From an uncultured delta proteobacterium (lineage in GTDB: Bacteria; Myxococcota_A; Polyangia; Polyangiales; Houyiibacteriaceae): a stretch of DNA of 64,000 nt. The first letter of the stretch is position 1. The number at the start of each line of letters is the position of its first letter. Below are positions 57,920-64,000 of this stretch, piece after piece. Made by a program: the position numbers and the translations under genes. The stretch covers positions 47,436 to 111,435 of the forward strand of contig CAWBXS010000001.1 of assembly GCA_963792825.1 (NCBI GenBank), in the 5' to 3' direction. The notes under the pieces were generated by a model. It was not told where the DNA came from, made no database searches, and saw only the letters and a list, made by a program, of their open reading frames with translations.

Positions 57920-59438
57920 AGCCAGAGAAGGCATGACGCTCGAGCAACTCCAGAAGGGCGGTGTTGGCGGTCGCATTACTGGTTCTGCGAAGCAGACCGT
58001 ACACGGAGTGCATCACGACTCTCGGCAGGTCACCGAGGGCGACCTGTTCGTCGCGGTGTCGGGGCGAACCCACGACGGCTCCAGCTTCGTCGACGATGCG
58101 CTGGCGCGGGGCGCCGTCGCGCTGATGGCCGAGCAGCAGCTGTCCTACGACATCCCGCAGATCACCGTTCCGGACGCGCGATTGGGACTCGGGCGCGCGG
58201 CCGAGCTGGTTTATGGCGCTCCGACGAGCGCCCTCCGCACCGTCGGCATCACGGGCACCAACGGAAAGACGACGACGGCCCATCTCCTGAAGAACGCGAT
58301 CGAGAGCGTGTCCGGCAAGCCTGCCCTGATCGGAACGACGGGGTTGATCGCTTTCGGATCGGAACGCCCTTCGCTTCACACGACGCCGGAGGGCGACGAC
58401 ATCTCGCGGTTTGCTCGGCACGCGCTCGAAGCCGGAGCAACGCATCTCGTAATCGAGGTGTCGAGCCATGGTCTCGCGTTGCGCCGGGTCGACGCGATCG
58501 ACTTCGAAGTTGCCGCGTTTACCAACCTCTCTCGAGATCACTTGGATTTCCACGAGACGATGGAGAGCTATGGGCAGGCCAAAGCGCGGTTGTTCACGGA
58601 GCTCACGCGGAAATGCGCGGTCATCCACGTCGATGACCGCTTCGGTTCGGAGCTCGCAAATCACTTGCAAATTCCCGTGATTCGTTGCTCGCGCAATCCA
58701 GAACGCAACGCCGAGATCTCGGCAACGAGCTGGTCGGTGACGCGCGCGGGAATTCACGCAGAGGTCGAGACGCCTTCGGGGACCGTGGAGATCCGCAGCC
58801 CCATGCTTGGCGAGCACAACCTCGAGAACCTGCTGGTCGCGCTCGGTTGCGCCCATGCGCTTGGTCTGGATTTGAATGCCGTCGCAAAGGCCTGGTGGTC
58901 TGTCACCGGAAGCAACGGACGCCTCGAACGGATCGCGCACCCCGGAGACGTCGCTGTTCTCGTCGACTATGCGCACACGCCGGATGCGCTCGAACATGTG
59001 GTCGGCACCATGCGCGCCGTGACGCCGAAGCGGCTGATCGTCGTCTTCGGGGCAGGCGGGGACCGCGATAGAGGCAAGCGACCCGAAATGGGACGGGTCG
59101 CGGTGCAAGGGGCCGACATCTGCGTGCTGACCAGCGACAATCCACGAAGCGAAGACCCCCGGAGCATCCTCGCAGAAGTCGAAGCGGGGGCGAGGAGCGC
59201 TGGAGGCGTGCGCATCGACCTCGATGCGCTTAGCGCTGCGAGTCGTGGCTATTGCACGGTGATCGATCGCAAAGAGGCCATTCGAGCCGCCATCACGGCT
59301 GCCAGACCGGGAGACACCGTGTTGCTGGCGGGCAAGGGGCATGAAACGTATCAGATCGTCGGATCCGAGCGAGCACACTTCGACGACCGTGAAGAAGCGC
59401 GAGCGGCAATCGCCCTCTGCGCTGGTGGAGAACGATGA
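57909..59438 (+). CDS. murE: UDP-MurNAc-L-Ala-D-Glu:meso-DAP ligase
   Basis: GITGTNGKTT, HTTPE, EVSSHGL, FTNLSRDHLDFH, VDYAHTPDAL, DNPR (DAP-type) and AGKGHE. Start at 57909 or 57933. Confidence 0.95.
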   Translation: MRREAREGMTLEQLQKGGVGGRITGSAKQTVHGVHHDSRQVTEGDLFVAVSGRTHDGSSFVDDALARGAVALMAEQQLSYDIPQITVPDARLGLGRAAELVYGAPTSALRTVGITGTNGKTTTAHLLKNAIESVSGKPALIGTTGLIAFGSERPSLHTTPEGDDISRFARHALEAGATHLVIEVSSHGLALRRVDAIDFEVAAFTNLSRDHLDFHETMESYGQAKARLFTELTRKCAVIHVDDRFGSELANHLQIPVIRCSRNPERNAEISATSWSVTRAGIHAEVETPSGTVEIRSPMLGEHNLENLLVALGCAHALGLDLNAVAKAWWSVTGSNGRLERIAHPGDVAVLVDYAHTPDALEHVVGTMRAVTPKRLIVVFGAGGDRDRGKRPEMGRVAVQGADICVLTSDNPRSEDPRSILAEVEAGARSAGGVRIDLDALSAASRGYCTVIDRKEAIRAAITAARPGDTVLLAGKGHETYQIVGSERAHFDDREEARAAIALCAGGER

Positions 59439-60841
59439 GCACTCCGATCCCAGCGAACCGCGCGCAATTTAGTCGGGACGAGGTGCTTGCTGCGACGGGA
59501 GGTAGTGCGTGCGGGCCTGCCTTTGAACGGATCTCGGGCGTGGTCACCGACTCTCGAAAGACCGAGCCCGGAAATCTATTCGTTGCGCTTCGTGGGGAGC
59601 GCTTCGATGCAAACCAGTTCGTCGCACAAGCGATTGATTCCGGCGCCGCGGCCGTGATGGTGGAGCGCGGGACTCCGCTGCCCGAGCACGTCAGCGCCGT
59701 GGAGGTCGCTGACACGCTCCACGCGCTCGGTGACCTGGCAAACGTGCACCGCGCTGCATGGAGCGGAACGGTCATCGGGGTCACCGGCTCCGTCGGCAAG
59801 ACGACGACGAGGGAGCTGACGGCTGCTGCGCTTCAATCGGCGGGTCGCCGGGTGCTCAAGACCACCGGCAATCTCAACAATCGCGTAGGCGTTCCCATGA
59901 CGCTCTTTCAGCTCGATGCGGCGGTCGATACTGCCGTCATCGAGATGGGGACGAGTGAGCCCGGGGAGATCGCACGCTTGGCTGAGATTTCGGCGCCGGA
60001 CGTCGGCATCGTCACCCGCGCGAGCCTGGCGCACACCGAGGGGCTGGGATCGGTGGAAGCGGTGGCTGACGAGAAGGTCGCACTGCTACACGCCCTTCCG
60101 CAGGACGGCTTGGCGGTGGCCTACGGGGACGATGCGCCGGTCAAGAAACGCGCCTCGGTGGTGCGGGCCAGGCACAAGCTCTTCTACGGCCGATCGGCCG
60201 GGAACGACGTGCGGGTCGTGGATTGGAGCGTCGTCGTCCATGGCACGCATGCCCGGGTTCAGGTCCGCGGCGAGGAGATCGACATCACGATGGGCTTGCT
60301 CGGGGAGGGCGCAGTTCTCAACGCGGCAGGCGCCCTGGCGATTGCGTTCGGGCTCGGCGTGTCGCTGCAGGACGCCGCTCGAGGAATCGCGACCGTCTTG
60401 CCCTCGCCAGGCCGCCTTCAGCTCCGGAAGGGTACGGGCGACCGGCTCATTCTCGACGACTCGTACAATGCCAATCCGGCCTCCGTCGAGGTCGCGCTCG
60501 ATGCAGGGCGCGCTCTCGCGAACGAACGCCGAGCGCCCCTGATCGTGGTCCTCGGTGACATGAAAGAGCTCGGGGCACAAAGCGAGGAAGCGCATCGGAG
60601 GATTGGCCAGCTCGTGGCAGACACCCAACCCTTCCTGTTCGTCGGCTGTGGTGAGGCGATGCACGAAGCCGTCGCCGCCGCAAACGCGCGGGGCGCCGAC
60701 ACGCTTTGGTTCGAGGAGTCGGCCGAGTGTGGGGAGCTCACCGACAGGCTGCCCTTGAAGGCCGTCGTCCTCGTCAAAGGCTCACGGTCGATGGAGATGG
60801 AGCGCGTGATCACTCCTCTCCTGCAGGGAGAGCAACGATGA
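59435..60841 (+). CDS. murF: UDP-MurNAc-tripeptide:D-Ala-D-Ala ligase
   Basis: TDSRK, GSVGKTTT, NLNNRVGVP, EMG, DDSYNANP, GDMKELG and VKGSR. Confidence 0.95.
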   Translation: MSTPIPANRAQFSRDEVLAATGGSACGPAFERISGVVTDSRKTEPGNLFVALRGERFDANQFVAQAIDSGAAAVMVERGTPLPEHVSAVEVADTLHALGDLANVHRAAWSGTVIGVTGSVGKTTTRELTAAALQSAGRRVLKTTGNLNNRVGVPMTLFQLDAAVDTAVIEMGTSEPGEIARLAEISAPDVGIVTRASLAHTEGLGSVEAVADEKVALLHALPQDGLAVAYGDDAPVKKRASVVRARHKLFYGRSAGNDVRVVDWSVVVHGTHARVQVRGEEIDITMGLLGEGAVLNAAGALAIAFGLGVSLQDAARGIATVLPSPGRLQLRKGTGDRLILDDSYNANPASVEVALDAGRALANERRAPLIVVLGDMKELGAQSEEAHRRIGQLVADTQPFLFVGCGEAMHEAVAAANARGADTLWFEESAECGELTDRLPLKAVVLVKGSRSMEMERVITPLLQGEQR

Positions 60842-61965
60842 TCTATTACCTGTTCTACCCGCTGCACACGCACGAATCCCTCTCGTTTCTGAACGTGCTT
60901 CGTTACGTTCCGTTCCGATTCCTCATGGCGACGATCACGTCGCTCCTACTGACTTTCGGCCTCTACCCGTGGTTCATCCGCCGGTTGCAGAAGAAGCAGA
61001 TCGGGCAGGTGGTTCGTGCCGATGGCCCCGAAACTCACCTCTCGAAAGCGGGCACGCCGACGATGGGCGGCGCCCTCATGTTGCTCGCCTTGGTTCTTTC
61101 CACGGTGTTGTGGGCAGACCCCTCGAACTCGATGGTCTGGGTGGTCACGGTGATCACGGTGGCGTATGGCGTGGTCGGGTACGTCGACGATACTTCGAAG
61201 ATTCGAACTCGTTCGGCAGGCGGACTTTCGGGTCGTTACAAGCTTCTCCTGCAGTTCGCCGCATCGATCTTGCTCTGCAGTTGGCTTTACTACGGCGAGG
61301 CTGGCCTCCCGAGCGACTGGCTCGACATCCGTCACCGTCTCGCAGTCCCGTTTCTCGCCTTTTCGAAATACCCGGTCGAGCTCCCGCCCTGGCTGTACGT
61401 CATCTTTGCTTCGTTCGTCATCGTGGGCACCTCCAATGCCGTGAACCTGACCGACGGTCTGGACGGCTTGGCCATCGGCCCGGTCATGATTTCCGCGGGT
61501 ACGTACGCGATTCTCGCCTACCTGGCCGGCCTGACGCTGTTTGGTAACGTGGTCGCCGCCTATCTCGACATCCCTCACATCGAGAGTGCCGGAGAGCTGA
61601 GCATCTTCGCCGCATCGGTGGTCGGCGTCGGGTTCGGCTTCCTTTGGTACAACACCTATCCAGCCCAAGTGTTCATGGGCGATGTCGGCTCCCTCGCGCT
61701 CGGAGGCGGCCTTGGGGCGCTGGCAGTTCTGACCAAGAACGAGCTCCTCTCTTTGATCCTCGGCGGCATCTTCGTCGTCGAGGCCGTGAGCGTGATTCTG
61801 CAGGTCGGCTACTTCCGCCTGACCGGCCGGCGCATTTTCCTCATGGCGCCGATTCACCATCATTTCGAGAAGAAGGGCTGGCCCGAGCCTCGGGTCATCG
61901 TTCGGTTCTGGATCATTGCAATCGTGCTCGCCGTGTTCAGCCTGGCGACCTTGAAGTTGAGGTGA
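60838..61965 (+). CDS. mraY: Phospho-N-acetylmuramoyl-pentapeptide transferase
   Basis: Start MIYYLFY at 60838; KAGTPTMGG, SNAVNLTDGLDGL, FMGDVGSL and MAPIHHHFE. Confidence 0.96.
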   Translation: MIYYLFYPLHTHESLSFLNVLRYVPFRFLMATITSLLLTFGLYPWFIRRLQKKQIGQVVRADGPETHLSKAGTPTMGGALMLLALVLSTVLWADPSNSMVWVVTVITVAYGVVGYVDDTSKIRTRSAGGLSGRYKLLLQFAASILLCSWLYYGEAGLPSDWLDIRHRLAVPFLAFSKYPVELPPWLYVIFASFVIVGTSNAVNLTDGLDGLAIGPVMISAGTYAILAYLAGLTLFGNVVAAYLDIPHIESAGELSIFAASVVGVGFGFLWYNTYPAQVFMGDVGSLALGGGLGALAVLTKNELLSLILGGIFVVEAVSVILQVGYFRLTGRRIFLMAPIHHHFEKKGWPEPRVIVRFWIIAIVLAVFSLATLKLR

Positions 61966-61967
61966 TC

Positions 61968-63320
61968 GTGGAGCTGTCTGCGAAGAATGTGACCGTGGTT
62001 GGGTTGGGCGAAACTGGGCTGGCGGTCGCACGCTTTCTGGTGCGGCACGGCGCGCACGTTCAGGTCAACGACCGACGCGATGCGCAGGCGCTCGGCGTGG
62101 CGGCCGCCGAAGCCGAAGCGCTCGGCGTCAAGGTGATCCTCGGGGGCCATCCCAACCGCGCATTCGAAGGGTCGGACCTGATCGTGGTGTCCCCCGGGGT
62201 TCCACCCTTGCCCGAGCTCGACCGCGCCGAGCAGGCTGGTGCGCTCGTCGTCAGCGAAGTCGAGCTGGCTGCGCGGTTCATCGAAGCGCCCCTCGTCGCG
62301 ATCACCGGCACGAACGGAAAAAGCACGGTCACGACTCTGATTGGCGAGATGTGCCGCCACCTCCACCGGCCGGTGTTCGTCGGAGGCAACCTCGGCCGGC
62401 CGATGATCGAAGCAGTGGGTACCGACGCCGGCACGAAGGGCGGGCTCGTCATTGCCGAGCTGTCGAGCTTCCAGTTGGAGCGCGTTTCCAAGATGAAAGC
62501 CCACATCGCAATCCTCTTGAACATCAGCCCCGATCACCTCGATCGCTACCCATCCCTCGAGGCCTACGCGGCTGCCAAGGCCCGAATCTTCGAGCGCCAG
62601 GACGCCGGGGACTTTGCCGTTCTTCCCGCCGACGAGCCGGGGCTGCGACGGTTCGTCGCGAATGAGACCAACATCGTTTCGTTCGGTGGAAGCGATGGTG
62701 ACGTTCGCGTGGTGGAAGGCGTGCTGTCCGACACGCAGACCTCTCTTCGTGTTCCGGTCGCGGAGCTGAAGATTCGCGGCTCTCACAACGCGACGAACGC
62801 CTGCGCCGCCGCCCTTGCCGCACGCTTGCTCGGCTGCGGGAGCGACGACATTGCGGCGGTCTTGCGGGAATTTCCGGGGCTGCCGCACCGCATGCAATTT
62901 CTAGGGTCCATCGCTGGCGTCGAGTACATCGACGATTCCAAGGCCACCAACGTAGGCGCGGCGGTTGCCTCGATCGATGGGTTGAGGGGTTCGACGGGCA
63001 AGATCGTCCTGATTGCAGGCGGCGTCGACAAGGGTGGCAGCTACGAGCCGCTCCGGGAGCGCATGACCGACGAGGGAAGGGGACTGGTGGTTCTCGGGCA
63101 AGCCGCAGGGCTGTTGGAGCTTGCGTTCGCAGGTGCCCCGATCGAGCTCCGTCGGGCCGACTCCATGAACGACGCGGTCGCGCATGCTGCATCACTGGCG
63201 CGCCCCGGAGACACCGTGCTCTTGGCTCCGGCGTGCTCGAGCTTCGACATGTATCGATCATATGCCGAGCGGGGCGACCATTTTCAGCGAGCCGTCGCGA
63301 ATCTCGGAGGAACAACATGA
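61968..63320 (+). CDS. murD: UDP-MurNAc-L-Ala:D-Glu ligase
   Basis: GTG start at 61968; VSPGVP, ITGTNGKST, ELSSFQL, LNISPDHLDRY, DDSKATN and PACSSFD. Confidence 0.95.
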   Translation: MELSAKNVTVVGLGETGLAVARFLVRHGAHVQVNDRRDAQALGVAAAEAEALGVKVILGGHPNRAFEGSDLIVVSPGVPPLPELDRAEQAGALVVSEVELAARFIEAPLVAITGTNGKSTVTTLIGEMCRHLHRPVFVGGNLGRPMIEAVGTDAGTKGGLVIAELSSFQLERVSKMKAHIAILLNISPDHLDRYPSLEAYAAAKARIFERQDAGDFAVLPADEPGLRRFVANETNIVSFGGSDGDVRVVEGVLSDTQTSLRVPVAELKIRGSHNATNACAAALAARLLGCGSDDIAAVLREFPGLPHRMQFLGSIAGVEYIDDSKATNVGAAVASIDGLRGSTGKIVLIAGGVDKGGSYEPLRERMTDEGRGLVVLGQAAGLLELAFAGAPIELRRADSMNDAVAHAASLARPGDTVLLAPACSSFDMYRSYAERGDHFQRAVANLGGTT

Positions 63321-64000
63321 CCCAGCCCTCGAACCCCTCGCCTCCAACGGAGCCTGGTGCCCCCGATGTCACGCTGGCAGCGACTATCGTCGGCTTGATC
63401 GCGTTCGGAGTCGTGATGGTCTACAGCGCGAGCGCGGTTTACGCGAGGAACCTGTTCGGAGACGGATACCATTTCTTGGTCAGGCAGACGGTCTTCGCGG
63501 CGGTGGGACTCGTCGTGTTGGCTGTCTTCACGCGGATCGACACCAAGTTGCTCCGCCGTTCGACCTATCCGGTGCTGATGATTTCGGTCCTGCTGATGCT
63601 TGCAGTCGCCGTCGGTCTAGGCCGCAGCGCGGGCGGAGCAACGCGATGGCTCGCGTTAGGTCCAGTCAACGTCCAGCCAGCCGAGCTCGCCAAGCTCGCC
63701 ATGATCATGTGGCTCGCCCATTCCCTGGCGAAGAAAGCCCATCGCGTCCGGACATTCTCGATCGGTTTCCTGCCACACGTTCTGGTGGCCGGTCTGCTGA
63801 TGTTGCTCTGCCTCGCGCAGCCCGATTTCGGGAGCGCGGTGATGATTGCTCTCTTGACCTTCGTGGTGCTCTTCGCAGCGGGAGCCAAGGCCGGCTATCT
63901 GCTCGGTTGTGTGATGCTTGCGGTACCGATCGGCTACGGAGCGATTGCGTCCTCTCCGTATCGAATGCGTCGGATCGAAGCGTTTCTCGAGCCGTTCGAG
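63317..64000 (+). CDS. ftsW: Peptidoglycan glycosyltransferase FtsW, partial (runs off the right edge)
   Basis: Translated by hand from the ATG at 63317: ...FGVVMVYSASAV...FLVRQ...GGATRWLALGPVNVQPAELAK...QPDFGS. Follows murD. Confidence 0.93.
   Translation, partial: MTQPSNPSPPTEPGAPDVTLAATIVGLIAFGVVMVYSASAVYARNLFGDGYHFLVRQTVFAAVGLVVLAVFTRIDTKLLRRSTYPVLMISVLLMLAVAVGLGRSAGGATRWLALGPVNVQPAELAKLAMIMWLAHSLAKKAHRVRTFSIGFLPHVLVAGLLMLLCLAQPDFGSAVMIALLTFVVLFAAGAKAGYLLGCVMLAVPIGYGAIASSPYRMRRIEAFLEPFE

Noticed and set aside
1-64000. Frequent GCGATCGC/CGATCG (HIP1-like) octamers, possibly linked to the Dam methylase
   Set aside because: The copies I inspected fall in coding sequence and fit common Ala-Ile-Ala codons (GCG ATC GC). 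A codon-aware count would be needed, and the density looks well below cyanobacterial HIP1.
1-64000. CRISPR arrays, tRNA/rRNA genes, transposases, integrases, prophage genes
   Set aside because: No regularly spaced repeats, cloverleaf or T-loop signatures, or mobile-element proteins were seen. Intergenic gaps are short and the window is nearly fully coding.

Overview
A high-GC (roughly two-thirds by eye), gene-dense chromosomal window. The gene content (giant TPR proteins, an MglA-like GTPase, a UPF0158 gene before smc, alr-mlaEF) suggests a myxobacterium, probably Polyangia-like; this is inference. Most of it is housekeeping: purL/purQ, thiS-thiG-tenI/thiE, thiL, pyrR-pyrB, glpK, smc, pheA, yajQ, alr, mlaEF, and the start of the dcw cluster (mraZ to ftsW) with a clear MraZ-box promoter. 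I saw no tRNA, rRNA, CRISPR array or mobile element. The most notable accessory system is a compact ethylmalonyl-CoA pathway operon (ecm-meaB-ccr-mcd). It has a divergent crotonyl-CoA carboxylase/reductase and faces an ScfR (RamB/PrpR/PccR)-family regulator across an intergenic region with TTTAC/GTAAA operator-like motifs. Other oddities: a signal peptidase I homologue lacking both catalytic residues; a degenerate cyclase/STAND-like protein directly behind pspA; a FolB-cupin fusion coupled to an SDR; an MglB-less MglA-like GTPase coupled to a PocR histidine kinase; two solitary DNA methyltransferases; and a GT-C glycosyltransferase plus two membrane sulfatase-fold transferases. All calls come from motif recognition by eye, and no database search was run.
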